Below are positions 13,045-27,596 of a stretch of 64,000 bases of DNA, piece by piece. Source of the DNA: Daphnia carinata (Eukaryota); NCBI RefSeq assembly GCF_022539665.2, contig NC_081331.1, positions 13,702,001 to 13,766,000 on the forward strand, read 5' to 3'. The notes beneath the pieces were generated by a model, which worked only from the letters and a program-made list of their open reading frames with translations, was not told where the DNA came from and made no database searches. Position 1 is the first letter of the stretch, and each line of letters opens with the position of its first letter. The position numbers were made by a program, and so were the translations under genes.

Positions 13045-14370
13045 TTATGTCCTTCAACAACCACCGTTTAAACATTTATAAATGTCCGCATCACTGGAGA
13101 GGCTTCAGCTGCAAATCTAATTTATGTATTACAAGGGCTTTTTTTCGTTGCTGGTGCATTTCATCGCATGCTGTGCTGTATTGGGGGATAATATGCATAA
13201 CTAACTGTACAGGGGGAGTTTCCTTTCTTTTCAATTTTCATTGTCAATATTATACTTGTACTTGTAAGACGCACCGCTGTGCGTAAAAACTTGTACAGTT
13301 TTCTCTCACGAGCATCCTGCTGCTTCTGCTATACACACACGGCTCGTAAACCATTGAGATTTACGATTGTTTTTCTTTCTCGTGGTTGTCAGATGCGTCT
13401 AGCGGTCCGCACAGTTAAGTCGACCTTGACAATAAGCTGCTGGTTGAATATACAGGTAGTAACACGTACACGCAGCCAGCATACAACAGGTACGTAATTG
13501 CGCTATTTGACCATCTGTTGTGGCTTTCACGTAAACAAAACAAAAAAATAAGAAAAGAAAAAAAGCAAACACTTTCTGTGCTTTTCGTTTTGTTTCATCT
13601 TCTAGTTGGCGCCTCTTTTGTGAATAAGGAGGAGCATTAAGCCTTTGATTACGTAATAATAAGTACCATCACTGGGAAAAATGATGTAGCAAAAGAAAAA
13701 CATGTTGATTCGGATATAAATGCCCATTATTTTCTTATACACTTTTTGAATTTCAATGTGTTAATTGCCCCAAAACAACAGCATTGTAGCAGCCAATGAA
13801 TTACAGGGCAAACTCCGCTATAGACATTCTTCAAAAGCCATCGAATAAGGCACATGAAATCGCAGTTGAGGGCCGAATACAACAGCTGGCTGCGCTTGCG
13901 GTGTATAGTTGTATCGAATCCATGTACATCCGATGTCATCGAATTATTGATGAATACGATTCATCATGATTCATCGAACTTGGTGAAAGGTTGTCTATGA
14001 ATCGAACATGTTATCACATCTGCGGAATGGGAAACAATACCCTAACGAATCCGCCAACCAGACAGCTGTTATACAATGCAACATAGGCGACATAGAGTAC
14101 GTTTGCAATCATGTCTTATCCAATCAACCGAAAGTGAGAGTTTCCCACTCTCTTAGTAGTATAAACTGGCTACGCAGATTGCCTAATAACAAGAATTGTA
14201 TTGTGCTGGCCAATAATCCAGTGACGGCGATACCCTTCATACACCTTTATCAATTCCCACATAAAATAAATACAAGTACCGCGATTAGAAAATAGAATGT
14301 ACACATAAATGGACTTTTGTCACTAACAAACATCGCCATTATTTCACAACGTCCTATTCATACGATTACG

Positions 14371-15308
14371 TTACGCTAATAACAACGTTTCATTCAACAA
14401 CATCGGCGGTAATGCACGAAATGAATTATGCCAATTGAATAAGGAAGCGGGATTTGTAAATACGCTCAATCGTTCGTCTTCATTGGCCCTTCCAGTGGCG
14501 TTGATTGTAATGACGAACGTGCCCGTACCAGAAGATAAAATGATAGCGTTGTTGTTGTTATCGTTATTGTTGTTAGCGTTGTTATTATTGTTGTTGCTAT
14601 CCTGTTGCTGCTGTTGTTGTTGGCTGAGTGCTGCCGTAGTGGACGATGATGAAGCCGCGACTGCCTGCGCCACGTAGACGACAGTCGTGAAGAAAAAGAG
14701 CAAGAAGAAGGGCAAAATCAAAATTAATATTAAGGGTTTGAAGAATCCAAAACTGCCAAAGCCAAAGCTATGTTCTTTCGTCGCCGGGTAATAAGGTAAA
14801 GGTTGTGCCGCGTAGTAATGGCCTGCACTCGCGCCTCCGCTGTATCCATAAGTCTTCTTAGGATGACCATGTCTCTCTAGTTGTTGATCTGTTCCTGCTA
14901 CACTGGCTATTCGAGAGCTAACCGTAGGCTGGAAATTCGTTTTCAAATAATCTACACCTGAGAGGAACAAAACAAAACACGTACGCCAAATGTAACTACT
15001 TGTTTGAATCGCCGTAAATGACAGTCTTTCTAAATTGAATAAAAGGCTTTACCTGGATACGTGTTCGACTGTTGCACTGGTGTTACAATCGACTTGTACT
15101 GATGATACTGTTGATTGTAAAGATACGGTGGGCTTACTCTCTTCTCCCACAGGTAGGACGCTCTTCCTTTCTCGGGATTCTTGGTTGTTGTATCCTTGCC
15201 AGACTTTGATTTATCCATGTCGATTGAATTCGAATCGATGGCAAAGATGAGATGCGCGGCACCAGTCGCAACGGCCAAGAAACCGAGCCAATTGCCGAAA
15301 ATCTTCAT
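14371..15308 (-). CDS. QN-cassette TM protein (paralogue 3)
   Basis: MKIFGNWLGFLAVATGAAHLIFA signal peptide; one intron; Tyr/Gly-rich segment; TM (FFKPLILILILPFFLLFFFTTVVYV); ASSSSTTAALS-Q7-N-rich-AIIL..INATGRANED. Confidence 0.78.
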
Positions 15309-18300
15309 CTGTAAATGATGAACTAGTAGCTTTTCGTTTGCTTGGGATCTTCTTGCTCGATGACATGCAACTGACTTATCAGCCACTAGCAACTTAGACG
15401 ACGTGCTACAGCGGAATAAGACAAGCCCAACTAAAAACTGCGCGCATCAAACGGTATAGGCCAGTCACATCAGCCGACGATTCGTTCTCTTGGGCTTGCA
15501 ATGCCCGCCAGGCCAGACCGATGGGCGTCGCAAGTTTTCTGTTTAAACTACTGACAACAACTGAGAGAGAAAGATAAAAGAATTGTTCCAGGCTTTTTTC
15601 TTTGCTGCTAGTGTTGGTGGAATATTACCGCTTGTCCAATACATTATGTCACGCATCCTAGTGGAAAAAGTGAAGCTAGAAAATACAGGGGACTTTTTAC
15701 AAGAGTTCAGCGAACCATCACTTAATAGACTATGTGTCGTAGCTGTATGGATCTTCTTCGCATGTTGCCGTGATGTAACAGCGTTCAACTAGTAAGACGC
15801 AAGACGGGACTATAACACTCATCACGCGTGAATAGTTTTACCATAGTCTTTCTTTCTTTTCAGATCTAATAACGGATGGCGAGGGCTGTGTAATGGTAGC
15901 ATTGACCTTTCTCTTTACCCGCTTATCATTTCATCACGTTGGAATGTTCTCGTTCACCTCTTCGCAATCTGGCGGCAGCGGGTTGTACAGAAATGGGCCG
16001 ATTCGTTAGTACCCGCAAAATCTCAGCGCGACATTCGTTAGACTCGAATTACCTAGCCGTGTTTGTCTAGCGTGATTGCAGTTCATCCACATGATCGCAA
16101 ACTAACAGCCTACTTCTTCTTTCTTATTGTAAATTTTTGTTAAAAACCAGCACACGTTACTACAAATAAGATACATTGCGAAGCAGTTCAAACATTCATC
16201 ATATCTACGCATGAAAAATAAGGCAGGGAACTAGCTACAATTTGCGGGACAGGTATCAACTGTTATCAATGCAATCTGGGGCGGTCGTATGGTGTTCGTT
16301 ATCTAGCTCCAACTATTTTTAGCGTGTAAAGTAAGTGTTTGTGTATTGTTATCAAGCAAGCGGTACGTGTTGCATTATTGAAAAGCAACAAATGTTTTAC
16401 GAACAATTCAATATAAAATGAAAAGAAACTAACTTTAGGTGGCGATATTAACAAAGAACCTTTTTGGAAAGGATATTGCACAGAACAACAAACCGTTACG
16501 AAAATTTTTTTTGCGACGTAGTGTTTTATTGGCAATAAACTGAAGCATCGCTTTGTACCACGAGCTGAAATTTAATACGTTCACCTTTACTGCTACTAGT
16601 GAGGTTTTTTTTAGTGGACCCCCTAGCTGATATTCTTTCGCACATTATCTTCCATTTGAAACATCTCTGGGGTTTCCGCTAGTCGCATGTCCTTGACAGA
16701 TCTGTACACGAGTGGGAAAATGGCGAAATCCTGTAAAAAAAATAATGAGTGTTAATTTCCTGGGTTATAGAGTCCAGCCGAATTACTTTCAAATTATTTC
16801 CGCGAATTCTTTCGTGGTTACTTCCACCTACCCACCATAAAAAGAAAGGTAACTCTAATTCTACCTCCATAAGCCGGATAAAATAGCTGCTATTCAAAAT
16901 TGCACATGCGTATAAATATACAAATTACGTTGTTCACTGGCGTATCTTGTATTGTTTGATACACACAGAGTCGGTGTATTTCAACAGTGGGATGCATACC
17001 AGCGTGATCGAAGCGCGTCATGTGGTTTCCCTCACTTTCCGGCATTTGCCTCTGGAGAACTTGATGGAACAGCAAAGAAATGTAGACACAGCTAACAGTC
17101 GATCGCCGGCATGATGAATATGTAACGAGCACGAAAACAACAAGTCCATTTTATACAGCATTCTTGCACACGTTGGCCAAACTTCATTATTATTCAGCAT
17201 CAAGCGGCCAAAAACAACAACAGCAGCTGGTGCCATTAAAACTATAAAACCCCTATAATTCTATAGACATAACTCTTGTTAGCTATAGGATGTTGCGCAA
17301 TGTAGACGCTCTGCATATAGACGAGTGGAAATGAAATGGCTTCACATCACACCATACGTGTATTGAAATAAAAGAAGCATATTTTTCTACTGTTCATTGT
17401 ATTGTTTCACTGTAAATAAAAATTTTAATGGAATTAATGAATTTTTTCAGGAAGATCCAATAGAGGATGACGTGGCCTTTCTCACGGAAGTCGTTTGACA
17501 ATAGTGGAAATGCCATTTGTTGGTGTATTTGCCTGCTGATGTCTTCGTGATCATATAGTATCCCGTATAAAGGGGAAGATATAGTCACGCTAGCGTGAAA
17601 AAAGTCATCCCACCGGGATGACTCTGTGTTAAACCTGCAATGCTTCTGTTTATAAAGAAGGGGCATCTTCTCTTCTGAGAATAAATTCACTTTCAAAGAA
17701 TTTCACGAACATCATTGGCGTCCACTTTAAAGATATTCATCTCGTCATCTTGGGTGATGTTAGCCATTGTCATAACGGCACAGCGTAGACTACATAAACG
17801 AAAACCGTATCGAACAAACGAAGACTTTTGTCCCATCAAGATAGCAAGAAAACTACCATTTCATTGAAAAATCATATGAATACTGGTATGCTTGATTTGC
17901 TAAGTTTTCGCTTTTGCAATGATGGTTACCATGAATAACAATGTGTGGGGTCTTTCACCACCGTTGTGCCATAACAACACCGTTTTCTCCAAGTTCCTTA
18001 AACTTGTGTTCCGATTAGGGAATTATACACGTGCAGGGCGCTTGTGCTTTTCCCTCCAATTCCACGAAATCGCTCTGTAATGATCACGAACTCGGGAACG
18101 GGAAACAGTTTTGAATAACTCTTGGTTTTAAAACAATCGTAAAGGAAAATGATAATTGCGTACCTATATGTTTCGATGCTGAGGAATTCTGGTGGAATGT
18201 TCTGAACTAAACGGTGGTCCCGCTGCGACGGGCATAATTTTAGAGAAACTCCACCGGTGGGACCAGACAGATCCCCCGTGACGAAAGACAAACATCACCA

Positions 18301-20276
18301 ACGGCCGCATCTGCGTAAAAGTATATTCCAACGATAGACAGAGCATTTTGCGTTGCTTCCGCATTGACGCCAGTTACATGGACAATCGAAGAATTGTTGG
18401 TTGTTCCAGATGAAGTCTTTTATCGTCATCCCAACCTTGACAAAATCTCTTTCCAAGAAATGTGGAATAGAATCCAATTAGTGGCCGGGATTAGAATTGG
18501 AAGTTGCCACATCACAAACAGACAATGGTCGGAAGCAGATGACATCTCGCTTTGTATACGCACTGCGGATAATCTTTGTCAATTCATTTGTCATCTGCAC
18601 AGCTAGACAGGATGTGTTTTCTATAAAAAAGATTTCAATGTTATCAATCATTTTCTATTGCCTAATTCTAAAGGTGAACAAATGTCGTTACATCTGTCTT
18701 CCGCTTGCTTATTCATAGCAAAAAAGAAAGAGAGATATTTATCTACAAATAAGAGAGAAATTCAAACTTTAATACCAAGCGGTCAGCGTGAGAAAACTTT
18801 TAATCATGAATATGCAAATTACGACTTCGTATGTTTTTTTTTCTTTTTCTACTTTTTAAATATCCAAATATACCATGTAGCACGAAGGCGAACGAAAGAC
18901 GGTGTTAATGTTTAACAGCGTTGCTGCCTGTCTTTCATCATTGATTTATGTCATCCCATCCCAAAGGAAAAAGAAAAAAGAATGGCTGTTTTTTTGTTTA
19001 TTGTTCATTTTGTATGTCTCTGTGCGTTACACAGGTGAAGATCCTAGTCATTACCACACGTGATGTCTCACAGAAAGAAAAAAAAACCACGCTGCGTGAT
19101 GGCAATCGGACACTCGTCCCCACGACTATAACCGGATACAGAGCACCACCAACTGCGTGTGGCCGTCTAGCGGTATCCGGTGGACACCGTGCACAACGAC
19201 GGAGAAACATAAGTACAAAGAGATGCGTGAGTAAACGCTTTGTGACGTGGCTTATAAGACACGTCTAGACACGCTGCAATACAGATCGGAAGAAAAACTG
19301 GAAATGTATGAGAGTTGGGAACCATTTTTAAACACCACAGGATTGTCCATCTGACGTCATTCGTGAATGGCTGTCACGATAAATAACAGACATCACCATG
19401 TTCTGTCACCTGAATCTTTTCTTTTTTCCGGGAATAGATGGAAAGAGAGCAAAACTAAATTATTTGCACTTTTCCCCTCCGCTTTACCAATTTGTTTTCC
19501 TCAATTTGCATGGTAAGTAAAGGCTAATAATATTAATGTCTTTCCTTTTATGCATTTCAACTGTCAACAGTTGACATAAGTTTTTGTTTTTAAACAGAGA
19601 GCCGGGAAAGACCCTGGCGATTGATGTGAATTCTTTTACTTGACTTAACATGTTCGTCGTCCTTTATTAGTTAGCATTTTCAAATTAAGATATCACTCTG
19701 ACCATTAAAATTGATAGTGAGCGAACGGTAATTAAAATGCAACAAGAGGTAATAAAAATTAAAGGCTATCGTTAAAAAAAAAAGGAAGGCGACCGACCCG
19801 TTACGAAACACTGTTCGTACTCGTCTAATACACGCGCAAGGCCACTTTGAAACCGATGAAGCAAGTTCGGCATAGCCAAATTACCACAAAAAGTTTGAGC
19901 TTTTTTTTGAAAGTCCGGGTATACAATTTCGGTCTAGTCTGGGAAAAAGGAGGAGGAGAATATAGCCGAGTATGGAACCTCCTATCTCGAGTTTGCTCAA
20001 CTCCCCTCCTAGCGTGCTGCTGGATGGCAACGCGTCCAGAAATGGCCAGTCTTGGCCCGTCCAGGTGGCAAATCAGCAGGATTCGAACTTTTCTATTCGT
20101 TCGCTATCACATATAAGCGTAGAATCGTATCAAAGGTAACGAGAAAAACGTGGCTCTTGTTACTGTCCACCCCAAACTCATTCGTCCGTGTCATGTGATT
20201 CGAAGCGAAACTTTGCAGCAAAACAAGAAGACACATCGAAATCATCAACCAAGTTGCACCTTCATTTCTAGACGAG

Positions 20277-21096
20277 ATGAAGATAGAAAAGCCGTCGTAT
20301 TTGACTCTGGCCGTCCTCACGGCCATCATTTTGCTGGTCCATCCTTACATCGCAGAGACTAACAACAATCTACCAAGTTCTGGTCATCTTCTTGAAAACA
20401 CTCAATCAGAATCCACCTGGATAGATAACCGAATCAACGCGGCTGCCAACAACACCTCGACGATCAAAGAAAACGAAACATCACGTAAGAAAACATTCAA
20501 ATATTCCCACGTTTTTTTTAAGTGCTGTAAAGATAATGTCTTTTTCTTTCCGCCGACGATATGTAGACGCAACTTTCCCAAATGTCCAAGAAAAAGAAGG
20601 TAAAACAGAAAGTACCGTTGTGACGTTTACAGACGCAACTGTCGCTGGACGGCATGGCAGAAATTATGACTATCATCCCAGTCCGGTACACATCGATTTC
20701 AGTCCGATCTTTTTGGCTATCGTTCCAATCGCGTTGTTCCTGGGCGCGGCTGCAGCTTTCGCACTGGCCACAGCTTCTTCATCCAGTTCATCGGCTGCGG
20801 CGGCCGCCCAGCAACAACAGCAACAGCAAGAGGCGGCTAATAACAACAACAATGCTAACAATGCCAACAATAATAACAACAACGCTATTTTGGCTGCACT
20901 GATTGCCGCCATCGTCCAGAAAGGCAGCCATTCATCGAAGGGACACAAGACCATCATCTACGCGTACAACGTGACTAAAGTTCACGATCACGACTGGCGT
21001 CGATCGTACGGCGATTCATTTAAATTCTCCTTGCCGCGAATCAAACCGATGAGCCCTTTGCATCGCATGCGCAAATATTCCAAAGTCGAACCTTAA
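20277..21096 (+). CDS. QN-cassette TM protein (paralogue 4)
   Basis: MKIEKPSYLTLAVLTAIILLVHP signal peptide; one intron; GRHGR-NYDYHPSPVHIDFSPIFLAIVPIALFLGAAAAFALA-Q7-N-rich-ILAALIAAI. Confidence 0.82.
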
Positions 21097-22322
21097 AAGA
21101 ACATCACTTTTTTCTGTACATTTAAACGTATTTTTTCCCCCTGTCCAATTTTGGTTGGTAGAAATGCATATTGAGAATCGTTCTATTATAAAAGAAAATG
21201 TATTTAACAAAAAGATGGTTGAATAAAAAAGAAATATTTATTGTCGCATGCCAAGACGGTGCGTGTTCCAGGTTATTATCATTCGTCTGGCCACGAAAGC
21301 GTCGGCGTGTTGAAAACCAAACAATTTTATTTTGTAAATTAAAAAAAAGGGGCGTTTGAATGTATTTTTATGGTCCAGTACCGCCTTCCACAAAATTGAT
21401 GATGCAACAATAACGTACGCTATGATCTCATAAATAGAGAAACAAAAAAAAGGAGACAGCACGAGACTACACTGTTCGAAATGATTTGAAGGCGCCAGCA
21501 GATCCGAGATAGTCCCCGCAGGATAAGAGCGAGAACACGACACCGTAACATACGTGTAGCGACGGTACTTACTACATCCTTGTCGAATTCTACACGCCAA
21601 AAAATAAAGTAATGGCGAAATCATTAGCCAATTAAAGAGAAGACTAAAGTTTATACGTTTTGGGTATGAAAACGTGATGCCGTTAGGTTTCACTCAACAA
21701 ACCAACGTCAATGAATTGTTTGGTTTCTTTCCCAATCAATGAATGTATAGCCAATGATTTCGTTTCATTGTGCCTATCACGTGTGCTCGTTTTTAAACAA
21801 ATATTAAATACTATTTCTTCTATTTTGGGCCTCGTAGGACATCAGGCCTTTTGTATTTCATTTTTTTTTTTTACGCCGAGCTGAGAATTACAACAAGCTT
21901 ATCGACGAAGAAGAAAGAGAAGCAAATGGACTTCCTGCTGATGCGGCACTGACCGTAAGCTCTGCTTGTCGAGGGGCTGCAACCGCAGTAGCGGCATTTG
22001 TGCACGCCGGGAGTTTTGAACAAGCTTTTTTAAATTTCTAGAAGAAAAAACAGCAGATGCTCTGTACGTTCGCAGACCCACAGGTAGTGAATGTCATTAC
22101 TGCAGACACTCCGCTGTTGTTAGAATGGCCACAAGTCGGCGCGCTTGACTCTGCCCACTCGCCAGCCGCTTTGTACTTGTAGCTTTTTATACCGACCGAC
22201 ACACAAATCGCAGGATTAGTCTTGTTGCATTCCACAACCGGTAGCAGTGAGGAGCGTGATGCTCATACCGGACAAGGCTATAGTCTCAGTGAAAGTCATA
22301 GTATCTTGCCAATAATCATCAG

Positions 22323-23828
22323 ATGAAGTCGTTCGTGTGGTTCGTCTCAGTGGCCCTGGCAGTGGCGACGATGACTGGGTTCGTCTTTCTATCGGATGCT
22401 GATCTGTTTGATTTGTTCAAATCGGGATCCAGTTATAATCAGAGGAGTAGATGGAAAAGAAGTCGATTATATCCGCAATACGTCCTCCCTCCCGATCAGG
22501 ACAAACAGCATTTTCAAAATCATCAAGAGGAAGACGGACATCAACATTCAACGGCTAGCGCCTCTCTCAATTCTCATCGGAGTCGCTTGTCATCAACTGG
22601 TATGTTTTTCATAGATACGTTGGAAGACGTAATTAAAATTGTTATTTCATTCAAGAATTCTGGTCGAACGAAGATTATGCCCAGCTGATGCCACGGCCCA
22701 CTCCGTTCCCGCCCAACCATTTCAGTGAGTACACTATAAACATTATTGCAAATAGCAGGATGATTACTTAACGGTACATATTTATTTGGACCATTCCGAA
22801 TCTCGCAGTTAATCAACCGTACTTCGAATCGCAATTGCCTGAGAAAGCAGCATTGCATTCGTTGCGTACTTACACTAGTGTGGCCAAGAGGCAACAACTT
22901 TACACCGAGAGGCCAACAACTTCCCACCACAAAGTAACGAGGGAGGTCCATCACAATATCGAACACCCAACTAAACGCACTTCCTTCGTGACGAGCCTCG
23001 GTAACGAACGAAACAAACAGCCTCGTTTCCCGGTGTCATAATTTCTAATGATGATTTGCCTTTTGTTTTATGGAAATAGCAGCGCCCACGGTCCAGACCA
23101 AGGAGCAACATTTCAATGACTTGGACATTCCACTCAAATCGTCCGAAAGTAAAAGCAAACCGAGCTTCACCAAGATGTTCCAGAAGGCCCTTATTCGCCG
23201 GAACGGCGAAACCAAAAAATCCGCCAAGCAAAAAGAAGTGAAAAAGGAAACCAAGCACGAAATTGCACAACAACGTGACTATCGGCACGGTGGCGGGAGT
23301 TACGGTGGCAGTTATCACCAACCGCCTGTGTATTACATTCCCAACCATCACAAGGAGAAGGACTACAGCGTGCTATTGAAAATCTTTTTGCTGGCCATTT
23401 TGATTCCGTTGGGCGTCTGCATCGCACTGGCCGTCATTGCCGCCTTCTTCACAGGTGTATCGGCCTACGGCAGGTACCTGGTGACTTACGTCAACTCCAC
23501 CAACACGACTTACTATTTCTTCAACGGGTTAAACGGCTTTGGTGGGTTGACTAACTTGTTTGGGGTCAGTGGGTTGATCGGAGCGGCCTCCGCCAGCAGC
23601 GGCTCAACAGCGGCGGTTGTGCAGCAACAACAGCAACAACAGACGAGCAGCAATAACAACAACAACAATAATAACGATAATAATTCCAATAATAATAATA
23701 ATGTCGCTGTTATCGTCGTCAACATCACAGGAAGAGCTAATAACGATGACAAACTCAACTTTTTGGGCAAACCGTTTAAGATGAAATCGGCCAATCAAGA
23801 CGAAGACAGTGCTATGGATTATTTTTAA
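22323..23828 (+). CDS. QN-cassette TM protein (paralogue 5)
   Basis: MKSFVWFVSVALAVATMTG signal peptide; several exons; TM LLKIFLLAILIPLGVCIALAVIAAFF; ASASSGSTAAVV-Q7-N-rich-VAVIVVNITGRANND. Confidence 0.75.
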
Positions 23829-26800
23829 TGCTGTTGTCAACATTGCCTCTTTTTTTTTTTGTTGTGTTTTCAAACCTCTTTATTAAAATACGTATGGGAC
23901 ACATTTTGAGGGGCGTGGGATTTTGTTTGACAATTCAATGTGTGTCTGTAATTTGATGCTTACGATGTGAAAAAAGAAAACAACCAAAAAAAAATAAAAA
24001 GAAACTATTGTATTCCAAAACGTGAAAATTGGGCGTGTGGTGTTTGGTATATTCACATAATGTTGGGAACGTGCGTAATACAATTCTTTTGGTCATTTTA
24101 ACATGATATGTTAGTCTTTCATCGACACGCTGCAATCGACATGAGGCGAACACGAAGTGGGAAAAGAAACAGACCACCTTGTGGTTTCTCTTCGTGAGTG
24201 TCGAGATAATTGAAAAAAATCCTGGAATAAAAAAACAAGGGGGATTTGGAGGTAATTGCCATTGCGTGATTGAATATTAAAAAAAAGAGTTTATTGAATG
24301 CTTGATTTTAGCCTTTTTTTTAATGCCCCGCTTTTTCCTTACATCTAATTGCAGCGATGCTTGTCTATATGATTACATTATGCTGGCCATAACTGAGTGT
24401 GGCCCTAGCGTGATTTCCATTTTCAACCGCAAACCGACTTTTGCCAAATGAGTACCGATACAGTTGCAGATAGAAATTTGCTCCGCATCGGCTTACAATA
24501 AAACAATACGAAATGCGTTTTATTGGATTAGTTAGCTTTTTTTTATTAGTCATGTGCAATAAATGAAGTACATAAAAACATAACGAATAGCCAATAAAAT
24601 ATCAGATAATCCGACGATAGTGCGTTTACCAACAATAAACAGTGGGCTCTTATATTACCGGCGTGATATCGGTGATTGCGACATGCATTTGTACCCTCAA
24701 TGCTAATTAGAAAATTCAGGGCAACTGACGAAAGAAAAATGGCCGACAAATGACTGCTTCAGGTTCATCCAGTTTTATCATTTTTGTCGGGCATAAAAAA
24801 AAAGGAGGGGAAAAAATTGAAATTAGTTTTTAGGTTTCCTAGTCGATCCAGATCGCTGTTCGATTTCTGCTTTTTCTTCCCGGATTTTGGACGGAACAGG
24901 TTTTTAATAATTGCACACTCACCAACAAAAAAATGCAATAATAATGAGTTTTAATATTACTGAAGTAAAAATCAAATTTAAACCACTTAAAGATTACTTT
25001 CCTTGTCGTTACAATTTTCCGAAAAAAAAATTAAAGTTACACCTACTGCGGTACATGTCCCTTCTCGACAATGCGCGTGAGCATTGCAGATAATTACCAA
25101 TCAAGATGAGATTGCATCTATGCGGGATAGAATCACGGTACTTGCCACCCGCAGCTTTCGGTGTTCGTATAGGCTATTTACGTAACGTGTGTTTACTTCC
25201 GAGCACCCCCCCCCCTCCAAAGTAACGTTCAAAAGAATACACTATATATAGTACCAGAAAAACTAACACAGCCTTTGTGTTGCAGGAATACACGTGTATG
25301 TCCTCTTCTTGTTCAAGGATGCACCGCAGTACATCCACATTGCCTTCGTGAGTTAAGGCGACGGGTATCGACTGCTGTTGTACTTTATTCGCAGGAAACA
25401 TTAAATCTCTTCTGCAATGTTTTGGGGATGACGATACGGTACTATTACAACTGGTTAAGAAATTGTTAAGGCCTGCTAATGCCTCCCTCCCTTTCAGTAA
25501 AGTAATTTGCGCAATATTAGCCGTTACAAGGGCTAACGTACGACGTCAAAGATATCAGTGCGGAGCAATTCATTGTGAGTAGCTTACTACCTGTCTTGCG
25601 GATGCGATATACACGTACCCAGAACTCGGAGAAGGTTCCATGGAACAAAAGGATTGAGTCAGCTCCGCATTTTGTGCGGAAGCATAACTAACGAATAGCA
25701 TAGACAAGGAATAGTCGTACTCTGTGATCTCAATGATGACATCTGTCACATGGCGGGAGGTTTTTTTCTTTAACATTCGCTTTCCAGGTTGTTGGGTTTA
25801 TAATTGAGGCAAATAATAAATAAAATCTAGACTTTTTGTGTGCACTGCTACACTTTGCAAAAAAGGCACTTAGGTTCATTCACCTTTTTTCATTTTAAAG
25901 ATGGCAGTATAAATCTACTGTAAGCTAATGAAAAAAAAAACTGAACGTTATAATGCTTAGTGAAGCGCTAACTTTGACGCCCACCTGCGTTGCCAGCGCA
26001 GTGTGTGGCTGTCATGTTGTTCACCTCCAACCGCATTTTATTTCGATCGTTAAAAGAAAAATCGATGGGGATCTGAAACGACCCTTCAATGGTGATTTCC
26101 TATTGTGCCTGTCTTTCAATTAACTGCCTATTATTACAGAACCACGCACAACTATAACACGTGGATCGTGTGTGTGAGGATGAACTTTTTTTTCGGATTA
26201 GTGTGCCGCAATTCTAAAGGTAAACATGTACCGGTTAAAAAATAATACTTATAGATATCACCAGAGAATTTTTATCGGATTTTGATCCTCAATCCAAACA
26301 TATACGGATGCTCCATTAGAGGTGCTATAGTAAAAGATAACGCTACGCATTTTTACTGACCATCATCATGTGTAGAATAAGAGCAGCTAGCAAAGTTTTA
26401 CCAACTTTAAAATTGCCAAGGTAATAACATGGAGATACCAAGGGCTTTGTGTAATTTCATTTTGATGCGTTCGTTGGTGTTTCTGCTGTTCTTTTAACGG
26501 TGGGGAAGTGGCCAGCGTCAATTATGCAATAAAACTTTGACGATTGAACAGACAACGGCCACCTATTATTATTCAGTTTACTCTTGTGCTGAAATGCGAA
26601 ATAGCCCTTTCTACCTTATTCGACGTTTCCAACGAACCCCGTCTACCGACTAGTTAAATGAAATAATAACGCAAGCTCATTATCAGTGGCGACTAATTAA
26701 AAATTTAGATTTTTCACCCTTGTTCGCTTCTTAAACGTCTTCTTCTAACGAAGACTTTAAAAAATGTGTTGAAGAGTAGGACTAAAGGTCCTCGTCCACT

Positions 26801-27596
26801 TTGAAAGAGAAACGACCGGATAATGACACACTCTAGAGTTATAATACTTCCCAACAAGTTTTTGCATTCCCACCTGTCGTCCTGTTTCTCCAATTTCATC
26901 AGCGCAGCGATCGGGGGATAAAAAAATCAAGTCACGAAAATGTTTTCTTAATATTTCAAATGTTTTTTTTTTTTTTTTTGTTGTTGTTGTTTCGTTTTTT
27001 GTCCAGGTATTCCGTATCTCGTTGTGTGAGTCAACCATATGTGTCACAATCGTGCTGTCAGATTTGAGATCGTCCCTGTTGCCCACTTTCGCGGCCCATT
27101 GGCTTCTCCCACTTCCCCCCCACCCCTCATTTCCGCATGTAATGAAGACGAAATGCATGCGTGCATATATATATATATGTGTCGGTTCCCATGTTTTCGA
27201 CTTGCTAGTATAACGACAAAACTCGGTGGTGATGTTGACACAAGTCATTTGCTGCCACTATCGCTGAGGTGCGGCTGGTCGATAACCATCGAAACGTTTT
27301 AGAGTCTCTCGTAATCAGTCGGCCGTGCAATCGAGCTGATAACAACCAACGGTCAAGCACTTACATAGACGTTGGCATCGCCCTTTGCAGGAAGTCTCTC
27401 TTTTTTCCCAACGTTTTGGAAGCTTGCTTCGCATTTTGCGCTCGCTACATATTTCAGTGGTGTGTTTCGTGCGTCTGTGCTCCTTTTCCTGTTTACAGTG
27501 GACCTTTGAAAATCTTTCCGCTTCCGATTTACTAATCGCAATTGGCGGATATTAAAAACAAAGACCGAATGACTGGTTAACGTTGATCAAATTAAA

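Noticed and set aside
18364..18606. Plus-strand ORF with an LRR-like phrase (VPDEVFYRHPNL)
   Set aside because: A single short resemblance with no ATG start and no further repeats.
12549..23794. Recurrent poly-Leu/poly-Cys ORFs (12549, 14435, 20673, 23513)
   Set aside because: These are antisense shadows of the CAR/AAY repeats in the QN-cassette genes.
24000..27500. Many 60-160 aa ORFs
   Set aside because: They have no recognisable motifs or splice structure and contain homopolymer tracts; treated as intergenic or regulatory DNA.
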